A DNA stretch of 64,000 nt, taken from contig CAWACS010000011.1 in NCBI GenBank assembly GCA_963780535.1, positions 6,594 through 70,593 of the forward strand. Reading direction: 5' to 3'. A program made the position numbers and the translations under genes. Below are positions 45,305 to 54,854 of this stretch, in pieces (within the stretch, counting starts at the first letter, position 1; every line of letters starts with the position of its first letter). Origin of the DNA: an uncultured Verrucomicrobiae bacterium. GTDB taxonomy: Bacteria > Verrucomicrobiota > Verrucomicrobiia > Limisphaerales > UBA11358. The notes beneath the pieces were generated by a model. It had not been told where the DNA came from. It did not search any database and saw nothing but the letters and a program-made list of their open reading frames with translations.

Positions 45305-46327
45305 ATGCCCTTCCTCACCACGCCCCGGCAGTTCACCCAACGTGCCGAGCTGTTTCAGCAACTCGCCCAGCTTACGTCCGCCGGCATTCCGATCATTCGT
45401 GCCCTGGAGCAGATCAAACGCAGCCCTCCCCGCCGTTCCTATCGCGAACCCTTGCAACGCTTGCTCGACGGGCTGGCGCGGGGCGCGACGATGACTGAAT
45501 CGTTGCAGGCGTTCGACTGGCTGCCCGCGTTTGACCTGGCATTGATTGGGGCCGGCGAGAAAAGCGGGAGGCTGGATGCCTGTTTCCGCATGCTCGCGGA
45601 TTATTACCACGACCGGGCCCGCCTCATCCAGCAGGTGATTGCGCAGCTCGTATATCCGCTGGTCCTGATCCACTTCGCTGCCCTTGTTTTTTTAATTGTG
45701 CTGCCGTTTGCCCACTCGCGGTTCAACGCCAGCCTGCCGCTGCTTTTTGCCAGGGCCTTGCTCGTGCTCTGCCCGCTGTATGGCGCGGTTGTCGCGTTGG
45801 TTTACGTCACACAAGGCAAGCACGGTGAAAACTGGCGCGCGCGGATCGAATCCGTTCTGCGCGTGGTCCCCCTGTTGGGCACGGCGCGGCGTTATCTTGC
45901 CCTGTCCCGGCTGGCCGTTGCCCTCGAGGCGCTCATCGGTGCCGGCGTTGACATTTTTGAGGCCTGGGACCTGGCCGCCGCTGCCAGCGGTTCACCGGCC
46001 TTGCGCCGTGCCGTCGCCGCCTGGAAGTCGCAAGTGACCGCCGGGCAGTTGCCATCCGAAGCGGTCCATGCCTGCCGGCTGTTCCCGGAAACGTTTGCCA
46101 ATCTTTATGCGAGCGGTGAAATCAGCGGCAAACTCGATGAATCACTCCAAAACTTGCATCGGCTTTACGGTGAGGACGGCACGCGCAAGCTTCATGCCTT
46201 CGCCCAATTAACGACCCGATCGGTTTACTTGCTCGTGGTCTTGATCATTGCCTACCAGATCGTCCAGTTCTATACCGGCCTCTACGGTCCCCATAGCGAC
46301 CTTTCCAAGGTCCTGAACGGATTCTAA
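45305..46327 (+). CDS. Type II secretion / type IV pilus platform protein, GspF/PilC family
   Basis: LPAFDLALIGAGEKSGRLDACFRMLADYY and a second ETFANLYASGEISGKLDESL repeat, with transmembrane helices between them. Confidence 0.72.
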   Translation: MPFLTTPRQFTQRAELFQQLAQLTSAGIPIIRALEQIKRSPPRRSYREPLQRLLDGLARGATMTESLQAFDWLPAFDLALIGAGEKSGRLDACFRMLADYYHDRARLIQQVIAQLVYPLVLIHFAALVFLIVLPFAHSRFNASLPLLFARALLVLCPLYGAVVALVYVTQGKHGENWRARIESVLRVVPLLGTARRYLALSRLAVALEALIGAGVDIFEAWDLAAAASGSPALRRAVAAWKSQVTAGQLPSEAVHACRLFPETFANLYASGEISGKLDESLQNLHRLYGEDGTRKLHAFAQLTTRSVYLLVVLIIAYQIVQFYTGLYGPHSDLSKVLNGF

Positions 46328-46368
46328 TTCCACTTTGTGTACCCGCGTTGCCTTCATTAACCTTGCGC

Positions 46369-47520
46369 ATGACGTTGACCGAATTGCTCGCCAACGAAGA
46401 ACTGCGCCGGCACGAGTTTCCCGTCGCGCAGAACAAAATATTTCTCGCGCACGCGGGCGTTTGTCCGCTGCCGCGGCGCGTGGCGCAGGCGATTTCCGAC
46501 TGCGCGCAGCACGGCACGACCGATGATCAGGAAGTCCGGACGATTCCCCGGCGTCTGGACGACGGACGCAACCTGGCGGCGCAATTGCTCAACTGCCGGT
46601 CGGAGGAAATTGCCTTTGTCGGGCCAACCTCGCTCGCGTTGAGCTTTGTCGCCGCCGGGTTGAATTTTCGCCGGGGTGACAACGTGCTCATTTACCACGA
46701 CGATTATCCGTCCAACGTCTATCCCTGGATGGCGCTGGCGGAACGCGGCGTCGAGGTGCGTCTGTTGAACACCCGTGGCCTTGGCGTAATTCGGCCGGGG
46801 GATGTCCTGGGGCAGGTGGACGAAAACACGCGGCTCGTCGCCCTGGCTTCCTGCCATTTTATCAGCGGCCATCGCCTCGAGCATGCCGTTATTGGAAAAT
46901 CACTGCGCGAACGGGGCATTCTGTTTTGCCTCGATGCCATTCAAACGCTGGGCGCGTTTCCAACCGCGGTGGAGCACGTGGATTTTCTGGCCGCGGATGC
47001 GCACAAATGGTTGCTCGGGCCGTGCGGTGCGGGCGTGCTTTACGTCCGGCGCGAGGTTCAGGACCGGTTGAGCCCGCCGATTTACGGCTGGCACAACGTC
47101 CAGAACCCGAATTTTGTCGCCCAGGAAAAAATCGTCTTCCGCAGCGGCGCGTTGAAATACGAAGCCGGCACGCAGAATCTGGTGGGTCTGGCCGGTTTGA
47201 TGGCCGCGATGGAACTGGCTTTGGAAATTGGCGTGGAAAATATCGCCACCGAATTGCGACGCAAGCGCGCCTGGCTCGTGCCGGCTTTGCAGGCCAAAGG
47301 CTTCATCATTTTAAACGCGGCGGCAAAGCCGGAAAATGCCGGCGGTATCGTTTCGATTCACCAGACGGGCAACGATCTCACGGCGCTGCATAAAAAACTG
47401 ATGGACGCCGGCGTGGTCGTGTCGTTGCGGACGGACCGCGCAGGGAAAAATTACCTCCGGTTTTCACCGCATTATTACAACACGGACGATGAATTACGGC
47501 GAGTGTTGGATCTGTTTTAA
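46369..47520 (+). CDS. Class V aminotransferase / cysteine-desulfurase-like PLP enzyme
   Basis: FLAADAHKWLLGPCGAGVLYV (PLP lysine region). ~383 aa from the ATG at 46369. Confidence 0.8.
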   Translation: MTLTELLANEELRRHEFPVAQNKIFLAHAGVCPLPRRVAQAISDCAQHGTTDDQEVRTIPRRLDDGRNLAAQLLNCRSEEIAFVGPTSLALSFVAAGLNFRRGDNVLIYHDDYPSNVYPWMALAERGVEVRLLNTRGLGVIRPGDVLGQVDENTRLVALASCHFISGHRLEHAVIGKSLRERGILFCLDAIQTLGAFPTAVEHVDFLAADAHKWLLGPCGAGVLYVRREVQDRLSPPIYGWHNVQNPNFVAQEKIVFRSGALKYEAGTQNLVGLAGLMAAMELALEIGVENIATELRRKRAWLVPALQAKGFIILNAAAKPENAGGIVSIHQTGNDLTALHKKLMDAGVVVSLRTDRAGKNYLRFSPHYYNTDDELRRVLDLF

Positions 47521-47596
47521 CCGCTGCCCCGCCACCGTTACTTTTAAATGCGACTGTGAGCGCATCGCCGGGAAAATTCCACGGCAGCGAATCCAT

Positions 47597-50500
47597 TCAA
47601 TTTTCGGGGGTTCTTTTCATCTCCCGCTCCCGCAGCCAGGCGAAAACCACCGGTGTTACAATCAGGATGCACGCGAGGCTGCTCAGCATGCCGCCGATGA
47701 CCGGTGTCGCCAGCGGTTTCATCACCTCCGCGCCGGCGCGATGGCTCCACAAAATCGGCAGCAGGCTGGCGACAATGGTTGCCACCGTCATTACTTTTGG
47801 ACGCAATCGCAATCGCGCGCCGTCTTTTACCGCTTGGATCAAATCCGCGCGCGAAAAATGCGCGCCGCGCTCGGATTTTTTCTTTTTCACGGCCTCGTCC
47901 AGATACACGACCATCACGACGCCGGTCTGGATGGCCGTGCCGAATAAAGCGATGTAGCCGACCCACACCGCCACGCTGAAGTTGTAGCCGAGCAGCCACT
48001 GCAGGAGCACCCCGCCAGTCAGCGCAAAAGGCACGGCGAGGATGACATGTGCGGCCTCCTTTGCGCTGTGATAAACAATGTAAAGCAGGAGGAAAATGAC
48101 GAATAACGCCGCCGGCACAATGAGCCGTAATGTGTGCTGCGCGCGAATCTGGTTTTCGTATTGGCCGCTCCATTCAATCGTCATGCCCGGCGGCAGGGAA
48201 ATCTCCCGCGCGAGGCGGGCCTGCGTTTCTTTTACGAAACCGACGAGGTCCCGGCCTTCGACATTTGCCTGCACGAACATGCGCAACCGCCCGTTTTCAC
48301 TGGCAATTTCACTCGGCCCGATTTCGCGGCGGATGGTTGCGACTTGACCAAGCGGAATCGTCTGGCCGCCTGGTGTTGGTATGAGAATATCGCCGAGGCG
48401 CTCGATGTCGTCGCGTTCGCTGCGTTGCAGGCGGACTTGAATGGGGATGCGTTCGCGCCCGGAAATCGCGGTGGAAACATTGTCGCCGCCGATGCCGCCC
48501 TCGACCAGACCGAGGACATCCTGGGCCCGCAGACCGTAACGCGCCATCGCTGCCCGGTTCACCGCGATGTCCAAGTACGGTTTGCCTTCCGTGCGCGACG
48601 CGGCGACACCGACCGCGCCGGGAATCTGCCGGACGATGCGCTCGACCTCGAACGCCTTTTGCTGAAGTGCGTCGAGATTGTCGCCAAGGATCTTGATGCC
48701 GACCTGCGCCCGGATGCCGGTGCTGATCATCAAGATGCGGTTTTCGATCGGCTGCAAAAAACCGGGCACGTAGCCGGGCATCTGTGACAATTTTTCTTCC
48801 AGCTCGGCCACGAGCTTGTCCTTGGTCATGCCCGGACGCCATTGCGATTCCGGCTTGAGCATGATGGTCGTCTCGATCATCTCGATGGGCGCCGGGTCGG
48901 TGGCGGTCTCGGAGCGGCCAAGCTTGCCGCCGACGCTCGCAACTTCGGGTGTCTGACGGATGACCTGGTCCTGCCAGGCCATGATGCGTTTCACTTCCGC
49001 GAGCGATGTGCTGGGCAGCAGCACCGGCATGAACAGCAAACTGCCTTCGTTCAGCGTCGGCATGAATTCGCTGCCAATGCCCCGCGGAAGCTTCGCAGCG
49101 AGTTGCGGGTGGTGGGTTGCGAGCTTTTCGACCAGCGGGCGCGGAACGCCAAAGGCCAGAACCAGCGCGCCGATGACCAGAACCAACGCCGTACCGAGCA
49201 CGGTTTTTCGAAAGCGCAAGGCCCAATCCAGAATCGGATTGTAAATCGCCAGCAGGATTTTCATCAACGGATTGGCGTCTTCGGCATGGAACGGCCCGCG
49301 AATGAACGTCGCGCACAGTGCCGGCACGAGCGTGATGGCCAGCAGTGTCGAACCAGCCATGGCAAAGGTTTTGGTGAACGCGAGGGGGTGAAACAGTTTT
49401 CCTTCCTGGCCGGTCAACGCGAACACCGGCACAAACGCGAGGATGATGATGACCATCGCAAAGAAAATCGGGCGTCCGACCTGCTGTGCCGCTTCGAGTG
49501 TGACTTGCAACGACTCGACCTGATTCAGCCGTGCGCCTTTCCTTTTCTCGGCCAGCTCGCACTGGCGAATGGCATTTTCGGCCATGACGATGCCGGCGTC
49601 GACCAACACGCCGATCGCGATGGCGATGCCGGAGAGTGACATGATATTTGACGTGATACCAGACTGGTTCATCAAAATGAATGAAACGAGAATCGAAAGC
49701 GGCAGTGGCAAGGTGACAATGAGGATGCTGCGGAAATGGAACAGGAACAGAATGATGACGATTGTGACGAGCACCGCCTCCTCGGTCAGCGCGTGCTGGA
49801 GAGTGCCGAGCGTCCGGTCAATCAACTCGCTGCGGTCGTAAAAGGATTTGATGCTGACGCCCGGCGGCAGGCTGGGCGAGATTTGCGCAATCTTGGCCTT
49901 CACGTCACGGATGACTTGCATCGCGTTTTCGCCGGTGCGCATGACGACAATGCCGCCCACGGCTTCATGCCCGTCAATATCCAGTGCGCCACGCCGAAAA
50001 TCGCCGCCAACCTGCACCGTCGCCACGTCTTTGAGGTAAACCGGTGTGCCGTTGTTCAGCGTGAGAACGATGTTTTCCAGATCGGCGTTGGAATTTACGA
50101 GACCGACGCCGCGCACGACGAACTCCATTCGATTTTCCTCGATCACCTTGCCACCGACGTTCAAATTGCTCTGGCGCACGGCGTCCATGACCATCTGCAG
50201 CGTTACCTTCATCGCTCGCATCCGCAGCGACGAAACCTCGATCTGGTATTGCCGCACAAAGCCGCCGATGCTTGCGACTTCCGCGACGCCGGGAACGGCG
50301 TTAAGTTGATAACGCACAAACCAGTCCTGAATCGCGCGCAACCGGCCGAGGTCGTAACCGCCGTCCGGCGCGAGCTTCGGGTCGACATCGAGGTAATACT
50401 GATAGACCCAGCCAAGGCCGGTCGCGTCCGGGCCGAGCTTGGGTTCGACACCGGCGGGCAGAACGTCGCCAAGATAATTCAATCGCTCCAGCACGCGTGA

Positions 50501-50821
50501 CCGCGCGAAGTAATTGTCAATCTTGTCGTCAAAAATGATGGTGACGAGCGAGAAGCCGAACATTGAGTTGGCGCGGACCGTTTTCACGCCGGCGAGTCCC
50601 TGTAAATTCACTGAGAGTGGATACGTAACCTGGTCTTCAACCTCCTGCGGGCTGCGCCCCGGCCAGTCGGCAAAGACGACCACTTGGTTTTCGCTCAGGT
50701 CGGGAATTGCATCCACCGGTGTGCGATAGACGGCACGGACACCGAAGCCGATCAGCAGCGCCACGCTGCAAAAAACCAGAAAGCGGTTGCGCAACGACCA
50801 TTCGATGATGCGGTTGATCAT
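47597..50821 (-). CDS. CusA/CzcA-family heavy-metal RND efflux pump
   Basis: 1074 aa. MINRIIEWSLRNRFLVF...VDAIPDLSENQVVVFADWPGRSPQEVEDQVTYPL is the HME-RND N-terminus, and the topology is 12-TM RND. Confidence 0.9.
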   Translation of the reverse strand: MINRIIEWSLRNRFLVFCSVALLIGFGVRAVYRTPVDAIPDLSENQVVVFADWPGRSPQEVEDQVTYPLSVNLQGLAGVKTVRANSMFGFSLVTIIFDDKIDNYFARSRVLERLNYLGDVLPAGVEPKLGPDATGLGWVYQYYLDVDPKLAPDGGYDLGRLRAIQDWFVRYQLNAVPGVAEVASIGGFVRQYQIEVSSLRMRAMKVTLQMVMDAVRQSNLNVGGKVIEENRMEFVVRGVGLVNSNADLENIVLTLNNGTPVYLKDVATVQVGGDFRRGALDIDGHEAVGGIVVMRTGENAMQVIRDVKAKIAQISPSLPPGVSIKSFYDRSELIDRTLGTLQHALTEEAVLVTIVIILFLFHFRSILIVTLPLPLSILVSFILMNQSGITSNIMSLSGIAIAIGVLVDAGIVMAENAIRQCELAEKRKGARLNQVESLQVTLEAAQQVGRPIFFAMVIIILAFVPVFALTGQEGKLFHPLAFTKTFAMAGSTLLAITLVPALCATFIRGPFHAEDANPLMKILLAIYNPILDWALRFRKTVLGTALVLVIGALVLAFGVPRPLVEKLATHHPQLAAKLPRGIGSEFMPTLNEGSLLFMPVLLPSTSLAEVKRIMAWQDQVIRQTPEVASVGGKLGRSETATDPAPIEMIETTIMLKPESQWRPGMTKDKLVAELEEKLSQMPGYVPGFLQPIENRILMISTGIRAQVGIKILGDNLDALQQKAFEVERIVRQIPGAVGVAASRTEGKPYLDIAVNRAAMARYGLRAQDVLGLVEGGIGGDNVSTAISGRERIPIQVRLQRSERDDIERLGDILIPTPGGQTIPLGQVATIRREIGPSEIASENGRLRMFVQANVEGRDLVGFVKETQARLAREISLPPGMTIEWSGQYENQIRAQHTLRLIVPAALFVIFLLLYIVYHSAKEAAHVILAVPFALTGGVLLQWLLGYNFSVAVWVGYIALFGTAIQTGVVMVVYLDEAVKKKKSERGAHFSRADLIQAVKDGARLRLRPKVMTVATIVASLLPILWSHRAGAEVMKPLATPVIGGMLSSLACILIVTPVVFAWLREREMKRTPEN

Positions 50822-50826
50822 GGCGG

Positions 50827-51684
50827 TTAATTTTGGGCGCTTTGGGAAATCTGCGACTCAGCGTCGATCAACAGGCCGCCGGAGGTGACGATTTTGTCGC
50901 CTTCCTTCAAACCGTCGAGGATCTCGACGAATTCATCACCGACGCGGCCCAGCTTCACCTTGCGCTGCTCGTAGTAACCGTTCCCCAGGTCCACATAAAC
51001 CACCGGCTGCGATCCGGGCTGAAGCACTGCGCTACGCGGCACGGTGAGAACGTCCGGCGAGTTCACGAACACGCGACCCTCGGCATAAAATCCATCAAAA
51101 GGGCGCCAGAGTTTGATGCCTTCGACGCGAGCCAGATTATCCGATAAAGCCGCGCGCACTTGAATCCCGTGCGTCTGGTCGCTCCGGTTCGGGTCGAGAA
51201 ACATCGTGTCAATGTGCTTGATGCTGGCCTTGTAAGCTTTCCCTGGCAGCGCCGGGATGGTGACTTCAACCGTCTGTCCGGCATCGAGCCAGATCAAATC
51301 GCGCTCGTAGGCATTGAAGATAAAATAAGTCGGCCCGGTCATTTCAATCGCGCCTGCGACGCGCAGCGTGTGGACAAGTGGGCGACGCTCCACCGTCGCG
51401 GTTTGAACGTTGACGACGTTCACGCTGTCGGCGTTGAGCTTGAGACCAAAGCCGGTGTTGGTGCCTTCCGTGCCGACATATATCGGCACCAGTTCCATGC
51501 CGCAAATCGGGCATTTGCCTGGCTTGTCCGATTTGATCCACGGATGCATCGGACTTTGGTAATAAAGAATCTTCCGTCCGCCAGGCGACGTGGCCGGCGG
51601 CGCCGGTGAAGGGTGTTCGACCAGCCACAATGCACCGCCGGCCAGACCGGCTATCAACGCGAGAAAAAGGATGGCTCGTTTCAT
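50827..51684 (-). CDS. RND periplasmic adaptor (CusB-like) with an N-terminal metal-binding Cys motif
   Basis: YYQSPMHPWIKSDKPGKCPICGMELVP is followed by barrel-sandwich / beta-barrel regions. It lies 5 nt upstream of the pump gene. Confidence 0.8.
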   Translation of the reverse strand: MKRAILFLALIAGLAGGALWLVEHPSPAPPATSPGGRKILYYQSPMHPWIKSDKPGKCPICGMELVPIYVGTEGTNTGFGLKLNADSVNVVNVQTATVERRPLVHTLRVAGAIEMTGPTYFIFNAYERDLIWLDAGQTVEVTIPALPGKAYKASIKHIDTMFLDPNRSDQTHGIQVRAALSDNLARVEGIKLWRPFDGFYAEGRVFVNSPDVLTVPRSAVLQPGSQPVVYVDLGNGYYEQRKVKLGRVGDEFVEILDGLKEGDKIVTSGGLLIDAESQISQSAQN

Positions 51685-51840
51685 AATTTTAAATTTTCAG
51701 TTTGTTTCCATTTCGGTCACCGCTGTTTGTGCGCGGTGGGGAATTTGGGGCACATCACGGACACGAAAATCCCGTGGAGCAAAGGAACGAGTCCGAAGTG
51801 TGCCGGCCCGAGGCACACTTCGGGCGGGGAGACGAAACGT

Positions 51841-52191
51841 TCAGATCAGGAAGGCACAATTCCGCGCGTAGAGCGGAACACGATTCGCCGTCGGGGGCGA
51901 AGAAAGGGAGGCGGGGAACCCGGGTGCCGGTGTGTCAGGCAAAGTCCAGATCAACCCGGCCGGCGCAAGGGTCAATAATTGATTTTGAGAGGAAGCAGGA
52001 ACCGGAGTCGCAGGGACAGGCCGCGACTCCGGGGAAACGGGCGCCGCGCAACACGCTTTGCCGCAATGGCAGCAAGCATGAACCACGCGCCCGACACCAG
52101 CGACCGGTACTTGGGCTAGGACAGGCGTCCCAACCAACAACAGGCTGCAAACAATGGCCAGCGTCGTTTTCACGTGTTGAATATCATCCAA
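51841..52191 (-). CDS. Possible small secreted Cys-rich protein at the head of the efflux operon
   Basis: Signal-like TLAIVCSLLLVGTPVLAQ, then HACCHCGKACC. Competing ORFs exist on the other strand, and a partial GTAGG-type repeat lies at ~52115. Confidence 0.3.
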   Translation of the reverse strand: MDDIQHVKTTLAIVCSLLLVGTPVLAQVPVAGVGRVVHACCHCGKACCAAPVSPESRPVPATPVPASSQNQLLTLAPAGLIWTLPDTPAPGFPASLSSPPTANRVPLYARNCAFLI

Positions 52192-52230
52192 CCGACCGAA
52201 CCAAGCTAAACCATTTTTGGCTTATGCCCG

Positions 52231-52527
52231 TCAATTATTGGCTTTAGTGTCGGCCGCGCGGATTTTCTTGAGATACTGGGCCGGGTCTTTGTCGAAATCC
52301 TTCTTGCAATTAGGGCAGCAGAGTTTGACTTCCTGACCTTGATAAACAAAGACATAGGGCTTGCCCATTTCATCGAGTTTATCGCCGGAAACGGGACAGG
52401 TGGTCAGCAGATCTGGCTTCACCGGTGCGCTGGCTGTGTTAGCAGCGAGGGCGGCTGACGCCAACAGAGCCGCTCCCAAAACCAGCCCGCTAATCATCGG
52501 GTTGCTGGTGTGATTGAATAATTTCAT
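52231..52527 (-). CDS. Secreted YHS/TRASH-like metal-binding domain protein
   Basis: Signal peptide from the ATG at 52527 (MKLFNHTSNPMISGLVLGAALLASAALA). CPVSGDKL...KLCCPNCKKDFDKDP. Confidence 0.6.
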   Translation of the reverse strand: MKLFNHTSNPMISGLVLGAALLASAALAANTASAPVKPDLLTTCPVSGDKLDEMGKPYVFVYQGQEVKLCCPNCKKDFDKDPAQYLKKIRAADTKANN

Positions 52528-52808
52528 AATTCCGTTCTTCTTTGATTGCTTGTTTGTTTTGACCGGTGCCATTCCTGAACGCCGGTCTTGGTTATACACC
52601 GCAGACGAGATAACCCCGCAGAAATTAACCGGGATCGCCTTCGGGAGCATCATTATATCTCGCTCCGACAGGATTTCAGCGGTTATTCAAGCTAAAGCGC
52701 CGGGTTAATATCCGGTTTTAAATTTTGCGGGGATTGTCCGGCGGCGGGGTAATACCAACACAATCATCCGGCAATGCACGAAGCATTGCTAAAAAATAAG
52801 AAAGAACA

Positions 52809-53150
52809 ATGAAAACACGAATCCTCCTTGCCGTTCTCGGCGCGGTCGCGCTGGCCACAATCACCCTCAACGTCAATGCCGGCGATGCCTTGCTTGCGCC
52901 ACGTACCGCTGGCGATCAGATCAAGACCGCTCCGGTTGTCTCCACCGTGTCAGCCGTGCCGGTAATCAACTTTGCCTCGCCGCGCGCGCTGGGCAACCAG
53001 ACCGTTGCTGTCGCCAGCGTAGCGAACGACGTGAATCCCACCATCGCTTGCCGCAACATGACCAGCAGCCCGAAGGCGATTCAAGCTTGTGCGGTGAATT
53101 CCACGGCCGCCATGCCGTGTTGCGCCAAACCGGTTGCCACGGTCAACTAA
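52809..53150 (+). CDS. Small secreted hypothetical protein (113 aa, C-terminal Cys pairs)
   Basis: Signal peptide MKTRILLAVLGAVALATITLNVNA. IACRNM...QACAVNSTAAMPCCAKP. Confidence 0.5.
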   Translation: MKTRILLAVLGAVALATITLNVNAGDALLAPRTAGDQIKTAPVVSTVSAVPVINFASPRALGNQTVAVASVANDVNPTIACRNMTSSPKAIQACAVNSTAAMPCCAKPVATVN

Positions 53151-53240
53151 CGGTATTCACCATCGGCCGGGGTTGTTCCGGCACGATTGAAAATGTAAGA
53201 TACGGGCGGCGGACAAAAATCTCCGCCGCCCATTGAACCG

Positions 53241-53564
53241 ATGAAAGAAGATATGAATCCCGATGATGCTAAATTGAGCACCTTGTTGCGCGCATCACGC
53301 GCCGCGCCGGCCTTGCCGCCGCGTTTCCAAGAAAACGTATGGCGTCGCATCGAGGACGCTGAGGCGCCGGTCCCGTTCACGTCCAGGTTGTCCTGGCTGG
53401 ATGCAGTGGCCGCGCTGGTGTTGCGTCCGCGATTTGCACTGGCGACCGCGACCGTGCTGGTGGTTGCGGGCGCGCTACTGGGGGTGCATGTCGGCGATTT
53501 GGCCGCAAACCGGGCGGCGCAGACGCAATATCTCGCCGCGGTCGCGCCGGCGGCCTTACGTTGA
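53241..53564 (+). CDS. Single-pass membrane protein, anti-sigma-factor-like
   Basis: 107 aa. PPRFQENVWRRIE is followed by one transmembrane helix (FALATATVLVVAGALLGV). It belongs to a cluster that ends with an ECF sigma gene. Confidence 0.45.
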   Translation: MKEDMNPDDAKLSTLLRASRAAPALPPRFQENVWRRIEDAEAPVPFTSRLSWLDAVAALVLRPRFALATATVLVVAGALLGVHVGDLAANRAAQTQYLAAVAPAALR

Positions 53565-53567
53565 TTT

Positions 53568-54059
53568 ATGAACCGCTCGCTGGCCATAGTACTGGGTGCG
53601 CTGGCTCTCGGGGCCGCGTTATTCAGCGGCTCCTTTTTGGTGGGCCAGCGCCTGTGCCAGGTTTGCGTGGCGCCGCCCACCGGCAGTCTTGGTTGGTTGC
53701 AGAAGGAATTTCACCTGAACGCCGCCGAGATGGTACGCATCCAGAAACTGCACGCCGATTATTTGTCCCAATGCAATACGATGTGCCGGATGGTCACCGC
53801 AAAAAAAAAGGAGGTGGCGGCGGCCTTGAACAACGCGACCAACGTCGGTCCCGTGGCTGGACAAAAACTGGCTGAACTGGCTGCCTGTCGCATGCAATGC
53901 CAGTCCCGGATGCTCCAGTATTTTGCTGAGGTCAGCCAAATCATGCCGCCAACGGAAGGCCGCCGTTACCTTGCCGAGATGCAAAACGCCGCCCTCGGTT
54001 TTCAGGAAGGAAACGAGCAACCTGTATCGCAATCCGCCGGCCATGAGCAACACCCCTGA
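53568..54059 (+). CDS. Membrane-anchored/periplasmic helical protein, possibly a Spy/CpxP-like stress sensor
   Basis: Signal/anchor MNRSLAIVLGALALGAALFSG. Helical, Cys- and Met-containing repeats are present. The ORF contains an A9 run (53801-53809). Confidence 0.45.
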   Translation: MNRSLAIVLGALALGAALFSGSFLVGQRLCQVCVAPPTGSLGWLQKEFHLNAAEMVRIQKLHADYLSQCNTMCRMVTAKKKEVAAALNNATNVGPVAGQKLAELAACRMQCQSRMLQYFAEVSQIMPPTEGRRYLAEMQNAALGFQEGNEQPVSQSAGHEQHP

Positions 54060-54642
54060 CGCCAGGCCTTCGCCGGAGGCTTGTGACCGGGCCGACATGG
54101 AACGATTGGCCGCCGGCCACGATACGGCGCTCAACGACTTGATGGCACGGCACGCGACGCCGCTGTTTCATTTTCTCTGTCGGATGCTGGGCAATGAAGA
54201 CGATGCCAACGACCTGACGCAGGAAACGTTTGTCCGCGTCTTCCGCGCCTGTGCCGGTTTTCGGACGAATGAAAAATTTTCCACCTGGCTCTACACCATT
54301 GCCGCAAATCTGGCGCGGAACCATTTCCGCTGGCGCTCCCGGCATCCGAACGTTTCGCTCGAGGCCGAAACCGGGGAGTCGGAACAAACCCTCGGCGGTA
54401 GTTTGCCGGCAGACGGTCCGGCGCCCAACGAACAGGCGCAGACCGCCGAACGCGCCGTCGCCGTACGAGTTGCTGTGGGCCGGCTGCCCGAAGAGTTGCG
54501 CGCGGCCATTGTGCTCTGTGAATGGGAGGAACGCAGTGTCGCGGAAGCAGCGGTGATTTTGGAAACTACGCCGAAAGCCGTGGAATCCCGGCTCTACCGC
54601 GCCCGGCAGATCTTGCGCGAACGGTTGAAAAACTGGCTGTGA
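54043..54642 (+). CDS. ECF-type RNA polymerase sigma-70 factor
   Basis: Region 2 is DDANDLTQETFVRVF...FSTWLYTIAANLARNHFR. Region 4 is LPEELRAAIVLCEWEERSVAEAAVILETTPKAVESRLYRAR. The ATG at 54043 overlaps the upstream gene by 17 nt. Confidence 0.85.
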   Translation: MSNTPDARPSPEACDRADMERLAAGHDTALNDLMARHATPLFHFLCRMLGNEDDANDLTQETFVRVFRACAGFRTNEKFSTWLYTIAANLARNHFRWRSRHPNVSLEAETGESEQTLGGSLPADGPAPNEQAQTAERAVAVRVAVGRLPEELRAAIVLCEWEERSVAEAAVILETTPKAVESRLYRARQILRERLKNWL

Positions 54643-54661
54643 GCCATGAGCAATTTGTAAT

Positions 54662-54735
54662 TGGAGCGGGTGAAGGGAATCGAACCCTCATCTCAGGCTT
54701 GGGAAGCCCGCATTCTACCACTGAACCACACCCGC
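54662..54735 (-). tRNA. tRNA-Gly (anticodon CCC), CCA encoded
   Basis: The reverse complement is GCGGGTGTGGTTCAGTGGTAGAATGCGGGCTTCCCAAGCCTGAGATGAGGGTTCGATTCCCTTCACCCGCTCCA. The anticodon loop is TTCCCAA. Confidence 0.93.
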
Positions 54736-54854
54736 CTTCGTTCCGCGATGCGGAACTTCGGCGCGGCATGCCCGCCACTTCATCCTCATGCGGCACGCCT
54801 CGTTTGACAGCTTTTACCAGACTGGCTGCCCGGTGGCAACAGCTTTGCGAGGCA

